Positions 50,901-63,670 of a stretch of DNA of 64,000 bases are shown one piece after another. Made by a program: the position numbers and the translations under genes. Positions within the stretch are counted from its first letter, which is position 1; every line of letters begins with the position of its first letter. The stretch covers positions 873,036 to 937,035 of the forward strand of contig BDGG01000015.1 in NCBI GenBank assembly GCA_001949185.1, given 5' to 3'. This DNA comes from Ramazzottius varieornatus. Taxonomy: Eukaryota > Animalia > Tardigrada. A model generated the notes under the pieces. That model ran no database searches. It worked only from the letters and a program-made list of their open reading frames with translations, and was not told where the DNA came from.

Positions 50901-53900
50901 GCAGCCGCTTCGGAGCTGCTGGAGAATAGTGCCCACATGATCAAGACCATGCACCGCTCGAGGAAAGGTGGCCAGAATGCAGCGGCCGCATTGCTTCAAA
51001 ATAGCGAGAATCAACCGGCGTTACCGGCGGAAATGGTGCTCAGTGGCGAACTGAAGGACAACATGGAGAAGCTAAGGAATGATCTGAAGGAAGCTTGTAA
51101 AGAAGAAGACCCAAAAGACACCGTAAGCTAATCCAAAACGTAACCTGAAATTCGTTAGGTGAAAATTACATACAAAGCAACAAAGTGTGCATTTTATATA
51201 CATCAAAAATTAAAAAAAACTGGCAAAAGAATAGAAACAAAGAAAAAGTGGGGGAAAAAAATAAAAGCTGGGAGCTGGGCAGACAAGCTTACAAAATTGC
51301 TGTCGAGCGGCACACGTTGTGGGTGTTAGTGATCGACAGCGTGCGCCATTCGGAGAAACGATTTTGTCGAGTTCGTTTTCCGAAAGTGGCGCATGTTGAC
51401 AGTGTGATTGGCTGGAAGCGTGCGCCGCTTGGAAGTACAGATCCTGTCGAGCCTGTTTGCCGAGCTGCCAACTACTGTATCATTCGTGAATCACATTTTC
51501 TTTTCAATATTTTTTCAGAATGAGATATTGGAACTGATGGACAAGATTTGCTCGTTCGGACCACGAAACTGCGGACCAAACATCTTAGTGAATGCTTCGA
51601 GTCTGCCCATGCCTTCTGTATGGTCAGACTCTTCTTCCAGCTCTTGCACACAGTCTTCCAAAGCAGCAGACTTCATAGCTCCGTTACTGACGGGGTTCCA
51701 GCTGAGCACACTAGCTGGCCCTTTGTGTGAAGAACCCATGATGGGCGTCTGCTTCGTCCTACAAGACTTCCTTCTGGCGCCGGAAGTTGCTGCAACGACG
51801 GTGCTGGAGAGACGGAAGTCGGAAAGCCCGGAGATAGTCAACAAGGAAGAAGCTAGTGGGGGCCAAGTTGGTGAGGTAAAGAGAGAACTGGAAGAAACGA
51901 GCCAGTCGACAATGAGCGCCTACGGGCCGCTGAGCGGCCAACTCATTCCCACCATGAAGGAAGGCTGTAGGAGAGCCTTCCAAGTGCAGCCGCAACGGCT
52001 GATGGTCGCGCAGTACTCGTGCATCATCCAGACTACCAGCGACGTACTCGGTAAGAATGTTTTATCATGCTAAAATATTTAACCCAAATACTGAGAGGCA
52101 TGATAAAGAAAATATGACTAGAGTCATAGCTGCAGTGGAAACGACTCTACTTCAGCAATTAGTATTTTCGGAAATTGATACAAGTAAGAATTACATGTAG
52201 TGTACCAGTACAAAAGGTGATCGGAAAAAAATAAGGTAAACTGCATGGCCGGTTTTCTAGCAGAATAATCCACCACTGTACAGGAATAAATTCTACGTTG
52301 ATAGGTGAGGTTTGTGGCAAAATGCAGCGTAAGTCGTGGCGTTATGGTTGACGTCGACGGTCATCTCGGTGACACTGGGGTCGTTCAGTCGGGTGGGACA
52401 AGTAAGTCCCGTACTGCAGGAACACACCGACTGTTTGTGGATGTTGGTGCCCGTTACTACGAACAGACTGCAGGGCTCTTCGGCTCCGCATTTCAGAAAC
52501 TACAAACCGCAAAAATACCCTTGACCTTCAATTTCCTATTTCTTCCCAAAAGGTTACCATTAAAAAACACCATATTTCCGCCATCTAAGTTTTCGCCTAA
52601 TGTTAGTATTTTTATTTACGGATCTACTTTTGTAAATGAGCAATACCACAAATTTGGCTGGTGAGCAACTGTCCGACAAATCCCGCCCTTTTTCTACGAA
52701 TTTTTCTTCAAGATTTAGATTGACGTTCATTTCGATTTTGCTTACTGTTGGTGGTGAACAGGCATGGTGGTAAGTGATTTTGTGGTTGGGAGCTGCGTGT
52801 TTTTGCGTCCATTTCAAGAGGTACATGTGACTGTGTGCCGGACACCGACAGCGAACCACCTGCGATGTCCTGTTTTGCGCAGGGTAGGAAGTAATGGTGT
52901 AGGCAGTGTCGTGGAAGAAGCGACAGACTGGCAATGAGGCTGTAGGACCACACGTCTTCAGCAGCTGTGTGTCGTCCACGATGGTCGTTCCGTCCGAAGC
53001 GTCCAGTCGCTGCGAACACTCCGATGCGGAGGAAGTTCTCGGGTGGTTTGGACAGCGGCATAATCGATGGACTCGCGCGTTGCCTGAATAGTCTTCGATA
53101 CGGTTGCAGATGGAATGCTTCGAACAGGAGGGTAGATCAGCTTCTCCTTCCTGCAAGAGAAAAGTTTTATTGGGTTAAACCGACAACAATTTTTTCTGGA
53201 TTCAGGATTTGGGTTGTCAGCAAATAATTTTACACAGATCGTTATTTCAGATGGCGCACGTTTTCATTGTTGCTGGCCGAGAGGATGCGCCACTTGGGAA
53301 ACGATCCGGATGAGGTCTGTTATTTTCCCAAGTGGCGCACGTTATCGGTGTTATTGGCTGGAAGTGTACACCACTTGAGAAAACGATCTGGTTGAATACA
53401 TTTGCCGACGTCTAGGCTTACCCCGTCGTTGTAGAGCGGTCCTTTTTCCAAGGTGGAGAGGTACTGAATGGGAGATAAAGGAGATCGCGAACTGGTGATA
53501 GTGAGTTCTTCGAGGAATAGGAGGATCGACAGTAGGAAGGTTGAGACTTCGAGGTCCACGAAGGTCCGCATAGCTGACTCGGTTCTGACAGAAAACTTAC
53601 TGCGCCAGAAATTTGAGAAGCGACCTTCTGTGGTCGTGAAGAGGCGAAGGAATGAGTTATATAGTCGGACGAGGTACGGAGAAGAGAAAGTTCGATAAGG
53701 GCGTTGTTCAGTGGAAAAGTATTTTTGACAAAGAGAACTTGGCCGACATGGAGGCAAGAGGATTTTATGAATGAACAGGCGAATGAATGAATGTAATGGC
53801 TACACGGTGTATATAAACAGTGGCGGACATTAGCTGCAGTAGCACTTGTTTGACAGCGGAAGAAGAATGTTGCAGTATTCGTTGTAATAACGAAAGAGGA

Positions 53901-55555
53901 TTGATTAGAAGAGGGCGTGTGCCACTGTAGACTAGCAGGCGGTGGTTACAGCAATCAACTGCTGGAATGCACTTATATCCATCCATTCAACTCAATGAAT
54001 TTCTCTAGCTTGAAAAGAAACCCATTTGCCGTTCTATAGTCTGTTATGTGTCGAGTCAAACTGAACGGCAAAAGAGATTTGTTTTGGTAGTCGGCTTACT
54101 CATGAGTAATGCTTACTACCAGGAGCAACTGCACGTGGAGTTTTCCAGATCTCCATTAGTCAGCAAAGTCAATCATGCAGCAAAGTTTCTGCTATGAAAA
54201 ACAGACGCACATGATATTTCTGCATGATGTCATGGTACTCCGAAAAGTATTCAAAAACCGGCGCGCGAACATTGTCAGTGTATATTGGAAAAGACTCTTC
54301 GATGTCTGTTTTCCCGTTTGATCCCCTTTCGGCTCAACGTTAGGCCATATCAGATTCCTGTGAATGAAATTCTCAAGATGGTGCGAAATTCCTTGCGCTG
54401 CGGGCGAAGAGGAGCCTGACAGGGACAGTGTGATATTTTGATGATGAGGAGCCCGCTGTGAAGTGATGAACAGTGATTGTGGCGAAGGCGGTAACGAGGC
54501 TGTGTTGGAATGAATGAAAGTGTCGCTACAAAAGGCCAATTATACCTGTCCATTCTCCTCCGCGCTTTCATTCATTCGTGCGTTCTGGCATGTACCTCGT
54601 CAGAAATGGCGGCAGGCAAGTGCTCAAGACTCTCGAAAGCTCTTGGATACTTATTATCTGCGTCTCCTCTTCCAGCCATAATGGCTGTGTTTTGTGTCAT
54701 TTCATAATAATCGCCGCTTGCCAATCTGCCCATTGCCATCTTGACCTCTTTGATTTATGTCCACATTCCTGGCCAATTGACCCTTTGAGACATCCATTCC
54801 TTCCTAGAAAATTCCATTGGTGACCGATCAGTAACAGCGAGGGCCCATAAATGGAAGATGCGCGCACCTGCATACACGACTCAGTGATTTAATGTGGAGA
54901 TCGAGTATTCAGGTTCGTGAACGATTACCGAGCCACGTGCCTGCATACATAGCCTAGTGACCCAATATGGGACCTAGTATGCAAATCCCTGAGGGACTAC
55001 AGAAGCAGGTACCTGCATACACCACTGCATGGCGTAGTAGGGTAGCTCAGTACGCAGGTGTTTGAAAGTTGATCGCGACCCTACCTACTGGAGTTCCAAA
55101 CACGAAAACAAAGCTAAAATTGTGTCCTAGTGAGTTTCGGGAACACAATCTGCTGAACCTTAGTTTCCCTTTTGCTTGTAGGTAAGGTTTATGGCGTGAT
55201 CAACCGAAGAAGAGGTCGAGTGTTGAGTGACGAGATGCAGGAAGGATCGGATGTGTTCAACATCAAAACAGTTATCCCGGTTTGCGAGAGCTTTGGGTTC
55301 TCGGAAGAGATCCTGAAGAAGACGAGTGGACTAGCCTTGCCTCAGCTGGTTTTCAGCCACTGGGAAGTCTTGCCGATCGACCCTTATTGGATACCCACAA
55401 CCCAGGAAGAGTACCTCCACTATGGAGACAAGGCTGACAACGAAAACATCGCGCGTAGATACATGAACCAAGTCCGAAAGAGAAAGGGACTCTTCGTCGA
55501 AGAGAAAGTCGTGATGCACGCGGAAAAGCAAAGAACTATCGGTAGAAATAAATAA
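47969..55555 (+). CDS. EFL1: Elongation factor-like GTPase 1 (Ria1, ribosome maturation)
   Basis: [13 protein letters not shown]|[58 protein letters not shown], and C-terminal [21 protein letters not shown]. Confidence 0.95.
50470..50662. repeat. Family A element, two units, EFL1 intron
   Basis: Half-sites at 50498/50532 and 50581/50615. Confidence 0.8.
51268..51470. repeat. Family A element, two units, EFL1 intron
   Basis: Half-sites at 51307/51341 and 51386/51420. Confidence 0.8.
52293..53571 (-). CDS. aos: Argos / giant-lens secreted EGFR-ligand antagonist, nested antisense in the last EFL1 intron
   Basis: Signal exon, then DLPSC...ICNRIEDY...RLCRCP, DG.TIVD...LKTC.P...[29 protein letters not shown]...TYAAFC matching the Argos Cys pattern. 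Three phase-0 exons. Confidence 0.85.
53210..53416. repeat. Family A element, two units, argos intron
   Basis: Half-sites at 53251/53285 and 53332/53366; end AAACGATCTGGTTGAATACATTTGCCGACGTC. Confidence 0.88.
54862..55062. repeat. Family B palindromic module, three tandem units, EFL1 intron
   Basis: (A/G)CCTGCATAC at 54866, 54939 and 55011, each followed 28-29 bp later by a GTATGCAGGT-like site. Confidence 0.75.
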
Positions 55556-55883
55556 GCTGTTAAATTCGTACGACTTATCTGTGACTTCGTATTCTGATCG
55601 CATTTTACCCACCGGAGTTTTACTTCATGGAGATTTTATTTCTGCAGTGTGTAAAAAAGAAGGAAGAACAATCTTAGAGCTTTTCTTTGGGCTCTGTAAC
55701 GAAGAAAGCTCTTGTCATGAGCGCAAAAAATAAAAATGAAACCAGAAGGAATTTCTGGACGAAAAGGTGTAGGAATTCTGATTGAATCAACTTTGTCATG
55801 AGCGCAGTCAACAAAAAAGGTCAACAAAATCTGGTACGGATCTGTCACGAATTTAACAAGGCGAAAATTATCGGGTCTTGTTT

Positions 55884-58800
55884 TCATGGTTTGTCCAGTG
55901 TGTGGAGAAGGCTAGGGTTGTCCATCAGGTACCGGGTCATGACGCTTTCGCTGGCTAAGCTAGCCGCTTTGGTACCGAGGCACATGGTTAACTGGACGCT
56001 GTCCAGCTTGGCGTCACAGTGGATGGGATGATAGATGTGGACCAGTGTTGGGTCCACTGCTCGAAAGACTGCGAAGCGGCTGTCCTTTTCCCCTTCTTTG
56101 ATGTACTTCTCGAAGAGGTCCACGTCTTCCTTGCCCCAACCGTAAATGCTCTGGTCGAAGCCGCCAACACGCTCAAAGTCGGCGCGGTACATGCTGGCGA
56201 TGCCGTAACCGAACTGCCGCCAGTAGCCGCTGTCCTGCGTCAGATGGAAATGGTCGACACCTAAACGAAGGGTCATAAATTTTGAAAAAAAGCCGCGAAA
56301 GACTACTAAAACGTGAACGACATTCCGAAGACTACAGGCATTATAATGATCCATGCGCGTGTACAAATCGTAGAAAAATGTTCACAAAGGCCTCTAGTCA
56401 AAAGTCAGCAACGTAATTTTATCGCGTTTGTAATGCAAAGGTTTTAGTCAGAAACGACCCCCGACATTTTTTGTTTGGCAGTAAGTTTCAAAACCTTGTG
56501 TTTTATTAGGCATAAAAATCAAGCTTCTTACTTGTATCTTTGGTGCTCCACGTACTAGGATCGTACTGGCTAAAGACAATCGGGTAATATACCATCCTCC
56601 CCATTTTCGTGCTTTTCCTGATCCTGCTTAAGGTCTCCACATCAAAAGCCATATCGACATCGACAAAAAACAGCAAACTATCATTGGCGAATCTCTGCGA
56701 ACCGAGATGCAAGGCTTTGGCTCGGGAGAAGTTGCCTTCTGCACGGAGTAGACTAATGTCATATTGAGGATACCGTCTTCTCACTGACTCTAGATGCTTC
56801 TCAGTATCGAGAAATGTTTCTGAGTTGTCTGAAGTAACAAAACTAACGATCGTCAACGAGACAGACTGGTTGGTGGAGAAACACACGTCTTCCATGAGTT
56901 TGATGAAGCGGAGATAGGTGGCGTATCGGCCGGAGATGGGGACGACGAAGTTGACCTGCTCGTCTCTGACCAGCTTCGAGCAGAGCGGGTCGGTGGAATC
57001 CAACTGCCGCTTTTTCAAGTCCGTATGGTAACGAAGTAACCTGCCGAAATCACGCTTGAGATTCGGGGGGAAGGGAGATGTCCCCACGCAGTCCACTTCT
57101 TCCACCAGGTCGATGCTGGAGAAGGACTGCTCTAGGTAGGCGTGCCTCCTCACCGGCGCCGTCATTTTCTTCCCACTATACCTATCAAGAACCAAAGTAG
57201 AAGGAAACGAAAAAGTTATAGAATACAAGATACAGACATGGATGAATCGAGACCTGTCAAATGGCCAACAAAATGGCTCTTCTTTCATGCACCTGCAAAC
57301 GCGACATAGAACATTCAACACGGCCCCATGTATGCAGGTACAAGATGCCTTTTCTCTCATGCTTCTCCATACTGTACACGCACTAGCACATTAAAATACA
57401 GCGATCACGCATCCAGTCACATGATATGATGAAGTGTCTTCCTTCTGATCACTGGGAAGTTAGGCACACAATCGCGTAGAGTTCAATGTGTTACCTTCTA
57501 TAGACCAAGTGAAGGTCCAGAACATAATGCACCCCGTGCAGAGGGTCCAGTCTTTGGAAGCCATACAGCAGTTCTCGAAAGTCAATGACGCGACCTCGTT
57601 GTTGCGAGTATTGATTCAACGAGTCCATCATCTGCATGGTCAGATCGTTCTGCGCCCATTTCAGCGAGCTTCGTGGAGCTCTCTTGGGGTTAAAGTCCAG
57701 ATGGGAGAAGAGACTCTTGGTGAAGAACTCCCATTCCAGGACTTGTTCGGCAGATTCCGGTCGGAAGCGGTTGAGCGTCGGCCAGGCCAACATCGGGTCG
57801 GACTTCCCTGGATACAGCAGTGAGTTCATGTCGCTGACTTCTCGCCGTAGCTTGAGGATTTCATGACGGAGAGATAATAACTTTAGAGCGTTGTAGTAAT
57901 TTTGGATACGGTAGAGGTGTTCGGAGGTCTTGACCGGATGGAGAGTGATGGCGCGGTGAACTTGCTTGGAATGGAGGTCGCCGGTGAAAGCAGCGGCGCC
58001 ACTTCCATTATGGTAGAATATCGTCTGCATCTATCAGAAAATCAAAAGTTGTAATAGGGGAGCTCGGCAGACAAATTGGGTAAGATCGTTTTCCAAAGTG
58101 ACGCACGTGTCTGGGTATATTGTGTGACAGAGTGCGCCACTTGACAAACGATTTTCTCCTTTTAATTCTTGTCCCAAGTGGCCCAGGTTCTCGGTGCTGT
58201 TAGCCGGAAGAATGCGCTACTTGAAAAAAAGCGATATATTGAGTTTGTTTGCTCAAATTATTCTCTAAATATGCTCTGATTTATGCTCTAAATTAGCAAA
58301 GCAACCTCACTTCGTAAGACCAAGCACAAGGAACTCCAGCGAACTTTCCAATACACCGCCCAACTTCCACATCCTCGTGAGTGCTCAGAAGATGCTTCAA
58401 GCAGTACTTCATATGTGGCGCCATCCTTCGAAGAACCTCTCGGCTAATGATGATCCCGGGTCCTCCCATGCAGAAGTTCTCCCTGCAAAGACAAAGAGAC
58501 CTGTCACGTCAGTTTTTGAGTAGCGCATGAATGTCGTTGCTCACCCGGGAGAGAGGCTGAGCATGCCGAACTCTTCCTTGTTGCCCATGCCAGCCTGACC
58601 GATGAACAACGGCTTGCTACTGTTCAGCGACCTCAAGAACTCTTCCAGACGATCTCCTCGCACGAAGACGTCGTCGTCCGCTCGCATGAACCACTCGAAA
58701 TCGTCGATGAAATGATCGTTCATGTACTTTAACATGAGGAAGGACTTCTTTTGAGGAGGATAAGAGTCGTCCACACCGGGGAGCGCAACCAGCGGGAGGT

Positions 58801-59143
58801 TGGGATCAGTGTGACAGACGGAGCCGGCGCTGGAGAAAAAGGCTATTTGTGCCGTCTCTGGAGGCAGTTTCTGACCCCAGGTGTGATAGACGGAAGCAGC
58901 ACGGTTGTCGAGGTACTTCTGAGCTGTCATGACACCTACGAAGAGTAGTCGCCGAGGCTTCACTTCCGGTGGCACTTCCGGTTGCCATTGTCGTTCCTGT
59001 AAGTGCGGCCGGGACGTCACAGAAGTGACAGATGCGTTCGGACACGAAGAGCTGTTCGAAGAGATTGGCAGTCTAGTTAGGTAAGCAACGAGGGTTCCGA
59101 TGACCACTCGGAATAGGATGTCGCACGTTCGGCCGAACCTCAT
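55884..59143 (-). CDS. CHSY1: Chondroitin sulfate synthase 1 (sqv-5 orthologue)
   Basis: Type II TM, LLFVGVMTAQKYL, GVDDSYPPQKKSF, WFMRADDD, FCMGGPG, HEDVEVGRC, FFVDVD, GWGKEDVDL. Confidence 0.93.
57287..57342. repeat. Family B palindromic module in CHSY1 intron
   Basis: ACCTGCAAAC (57291)-N29-GTATGCAGGT (57330). Confidence 0.7.
58058..58255. repeat. Family A element, two units, CHSY1 intron
   Basis: Half-sites at 58098/58132 and 58178/58212. Confidence 0.8.
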
Positions 59144-60993
59144 CGTCAGTCATCTACAAAGCCGACAACCATGTTACTTGCAGTGAACTAAGACACTAGG
59201 ATGTATGCAGACTTACCATCTTTTACACATTAAGAAATAAAAATCACCCTCGTGTGGTTCCGAACATCATCCGCTAGGGATCACCACCTGTTGCACTCTA
59301 TAAGAGGGACTTCCGGTCAGATTCCGTGAATCCGTCGAATAAGTAGCTGGAGTAACAGTACGTTTCACACTCGCCGTCTCGTGGCTAACTTCCGTACTTC
59401 AGAAAGCAAAGCGATGTCACTCTCTAACGGATAACTAGATAATCGTACGAGGGATCCTACGCCGTGGAGAAAGAGGAAGATCCGAGCTCACTGTACCATA
59501 GGACAAAGAGAGCTTGCCAATCAAAGCATCCATCACAATCAACTGAAGTCATCTAGTAAGTAAGGTTGGGGAAGGACCAAATAATCGCAATCTCCGGTCT
59601 GAATTCGGCAGAATACCTCATAAAAATAATCTAGTTTGCGAGAGCTCCGCCCAAAAGGTTGGCCTTCCAGCGGAGTTTTAGAATGACTCCTAACTTGAGT
59701 CATCGTAGAAAAGCTGTTCACGCATTCTAAAGCCCTTAAATTGGGGCAAACTTGGCAAGCCTGAGCTTATGGCGGAAGATCAGAGAGAAATTTCTTGGCA
59801 CCGAAAGTGGTCTCTGCCATTAGTCATCTGTTGTACGTACAGGCATAGTGCATTATTACCCTGTTGATCGTGCAGTGCCGTCAAGTGGTACTATCAACAG
59901 GGTTATCAATTCCGTATTAATCAATACGCCAACAGTTTCGAATGATTAGTACAAAATTGATTGATCAAATCCGAAATCACAACTCATCAAAAACTTGGAA
60001 AAATTCGTCAAAAAAATTTAAAAAATCAGAAAAAATCGGGGAATCATCCTGAGTAAAGGATCGTGCTGTCTGGAGCTCGAGCTTCCTCTGTTGAGTTTGC
60101 GATTCAGTGTCCCTTGGGTATTTCTTCTTTACGTCGTTTCCGTATGTCTTCCCGTTCGCATCCATGGATCACGGATTCCAAGTTAGATCTGCCTGGAGTA
60201 GGGATATGTGGAACGGTGTGAGGCGAACGTGAGACCGCGAGCTTCTAATTCCTCAGTCCACAGCATCTCATGATGGTAAGTCGTTCAGTCTTTAATCTGC
60301 GCCGTACGCATACAGTATTCCTCCGTCAGCTGCATTCCCGATTGCCGAACATGTAACGGACGGCTCTTCTTTCGCAGTCTGCCCTTTTCAACTTTCAAAG
60401 CCTGCTGACGGTAATCCTGCTGCTGATATGTACCTGCGCCTATCTTCGTGGCATGTTCCCCAGAGTGATGGATAAATACAAGACGGGGTAAGACGGACCA
60501 TGGGGAAGTCATCCCGTTAGCAGTCGTTCAACTTTCTTCTCCATTGTTAAGTACACAGCAATTCCTGCAGCGAGAGGTTCACCTAACAGGCTATTGTTTT
60601 CTGCAGGATGTTGAGTGTCTTCTGGAAATGCGCTCGGATAGGAGAAAGACTCAGTCCTTGGGTATCGCTGTCTTGTATAACTATGGCCATATGCGTCGTC
60701 GTCTGGTAGCTGCCAGCTATTTCCAACCTAGGAGATAAGCTCCAGCCGAGAAATGTCCTTGCTGCAAAAGTCCTTGAAGGTTCGGGAAACTGGAACTTGA
60801 CGCTGTGCTTTGCTGTTTTCGTAACGAAGACCTCTGCTGCTTCGTATCTTGGCAATATCCTTCTACTTTTGGGTCTGACATTCATGTAATAGAAGTTTTC
60901 TTAGGTCTGCTGCATGGTGTCGGCTTTCTGAGAAGGAAGTGTAGCTTTTTCTGGTATATCTTGAGCTGTGGTTCCGGTAATAGTGAAGACAAG

Positions 60994-61734
60994 ATGATCT
61001 GTCAAACGATGGCTCTGTCCTTCTTGGGCGTGGTACTCTTGTCCCAAATGGACGTTGCTACAGGTTCGTGGTCTCGCCTGATCAGCAAGCTAGTAGTCTT
61101 TGCACTTGCGGTACATGTGCTAAGAATTAGTCCGCGGCTGACCGCTCTTCTTGTTAAGGTTTGAAGTGTTACACCTGCACTGTGGACATGGGTTCCAAGG
61201 TGTTTCCCCAGACGAATAAACCGTTGAAAGGCAACACTTGCATTGCTCGTGATGGCAGGGCGACACTTGATGCCAACTTTAAGACGGGAGCGGACTGCGG
61301 CGATCCTTCCCAGCTTTGCGGCACCGAATTCAAGTGGCAGATTCAGACAAACGACAGCAGTGTTGGCCGTGTCGATATCAGTACGTGGGTCCAGCTCCTC
61401 CTTTCTATAATCAAGCGACCACTTACTATGCCTACCTTTAGTTAACTTCATTCGTGGATGTCTGCCTGCTTGTGACGGCGGTTCCATGGCCTGCGGAAAA
61501 CAAGAGGATAACAGCACGGGACTGATTCCGGGCAGTAACATGACCAGTAGAAGTGCCAACTTCAATTACCGCGCACTGTGCAAAACGGACTATTGCAACG
61601 CTCACCCCATAGGAGGCGTATACATGGGACTGCTGGACGGAGATCAATTTGTCGCGCCCAGCCGCGCTGTGCAATTTCTTGCAGCCATTTTGCCCATCAC
61701 TCTGGCGGTTCTGGCTGTTTTGTTTTCTACGTAA
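60994..61734 (+). CDS. Ly6/uPAR three-finger, GPI-anchored protein
   Basis: Signal exon, LKCYTC...C...C...LC, IRGC, LCKTDYCN, and a hydrophobic C-terminal GPI signal. Confidence 0.8.
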
Positions 61735-62063
61735 ACAACAAACGTTGAAACTTTAGCTTGGCCTTAATTCCGATCTCCATTCCTGTTTATTCTTGATGTA
61801 AATCTATAGGTGTTGAAGTTACGTATTTCGTTATGGCATAAAGAGTTTTCCAGAAACTGGGTTTTCAGTGCTGCCATCTGCCAAACCAGCATAGAGTTGC
61901 TGAAAGTTGATTGCTTGGATTGATTGAACCATCCCAATGAATCTAATGAGTCTAATCCAGTATCATTTCCGGTCGGACTCCAAAACTAAAAGCGTCAAGG
62001 TCTTAAGGAGTTAGTCCGAACCTGTCAATATCACATTGTCCGCAACTACCAAAAACTACAAAG

Positions 62064-63670
62064 ATGGACCTACAAGGACCAACGAAGAAGATCCTGCGCG
62101 AAACAGACGTGGCAACCTGGCAGGCGTCGCAAGTAACTTCATCCGAAAGGACGCTTGCGTTCTAATCTAAGACTCTCATACGACAGCATATTATGTTGTG
62201 TCTATCTCTTTGCAGGCATACAGGGACTACTTAAAGTTCTTGCGAGATCTGAACCAAGCGGTTATGGGGAAGGAAAACCAAAGTAAGACAACCGATACTC
62301 CAGTAAGTGCGTGTATTTAAGGCTACATTTACTTTGTGAACTTCATCGCTTGACGAGACGACTCGTTTGACCATGCACCCATATCTCTGCAGATCGTCCA
62401 CAGTCTGATATCCATGTTGAACACTCTGGATAAGTGGATCGACGAGACCCCTCCAGTTCAGCAAGCGCAGCGGTTTGGCAATCAAGCGTTCCGGACGTTT
62501 CATGGCCGACTAACGCAGGTACGACGCTGTTAACTTCCGGTCCTGTATTCGAGCGTATGGACTATGGACTATCGTAATTAAGCCGGTCATCGACGAAGGT
62601 CTCGAACTCACTGTGTTGCAGGATGCCAGTAAGATTCTCCAAGAAGCGTTACCGGAAATAACGTCGTCGCCGTCTGTCGAAGAGCTGAAAGCGTATCTGC
62701 TGGATAGCTTCGGAAACAGTACTCGTATCGACTATGGCACAGGTAACCGGAAGGTGACTGCTTCTGGAATAGTTATATGCTTAACAGACTTAGGAAGATT
62801 CTAAATCACGATCACGGTATGTTGTGTTGTCTTCCAGGTCACGAGGCGAACTTTATCATCTTTCTTTGCTGTCTTTCAAAACTGGGATTGATCACGAAGG
62901 AGGATTTTACGCCATTGGTGACGAAAGTCTTCAAACGGTACTCGTATATTCAGTGGCCGTACTACCGGTAAATGTCACGTCTTTCTAATAAGCCATTGCT
63001 TCAGGTATCTAGAACTGTGTCGGAAACTTCAGTTAACTTATAAAATGGAACCAGCCGGAAGTCACGGAGTATGGAGCTTGGATGACTTTCAGTTCGTTCC
63101 ATTCATATGGGGAAGTGCGCAGCTTGTCGGTGAGTGAGGTTCCCCAATGACGAACCCCCACAGACCGGAAGTGAAAGTTTCTGCAGAGACCAAAGTTTAC
63201 TTTCAGACCGTCCTTTACTGGATACTCGGTCGTATTTGGACGAGCAGACTGTGGAGCGGTTGAAAGACGATTTCCTTTTCATGGGTTGCATCGATTTTAT
63301 AAATAAGGTATGGTGAATTTTCTGCAGTCCCTTTCGTCGCATTATGCTATTAATATCAGTTTGATGAGCTCCATATTGTTTCTTTGTTTCTTTGCAGGTG
63401 AAAAGCGGCCCCTTTTCTGAGCATTCCAATCAACTTTGGAACATCAGCGCAGTGCCCAGTTGGTCCAAGATCAATCTGGGGCTATTCAAGAAATACGAAG
63501 CCGAGGTGCGTACTACTCTCCGTATCGTTAGATGTTTGTCTAAAACCACCAGCACATGAAAACCATCACTGGTGATAATGAAATCTCCTGTCTTGTAGGT
63601 CTTGCAAAAGTTCCCTGTCGTACAGCATATCTTATTTGGATCTCTTTTTTCTTTCGACCCCGTGAAATGA
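62064..63670 (+). CDS. PTPA: Serine/threonine-protein phosphatase 2A activator (PTPA/PPP2R4)
   Basis: [72 protein letters not shown]. Confidence 0.95.

Noticed and set aside
7316-58255. CRISPR array or bacterial REP interpretation of the repeat-spacer palindromes
   Set aside because: Eukaryotic intron context, at most 2-3 units per locus, spacers homologous to each other, and no cas genes or prokaryotic operon structure.
61860-61912. TAGAGTTGCTGAAA resembling the hAT TIR upstream of PTPA
   Set aside because: Only about 11 bp match with no convincing partner TIR or TSD.
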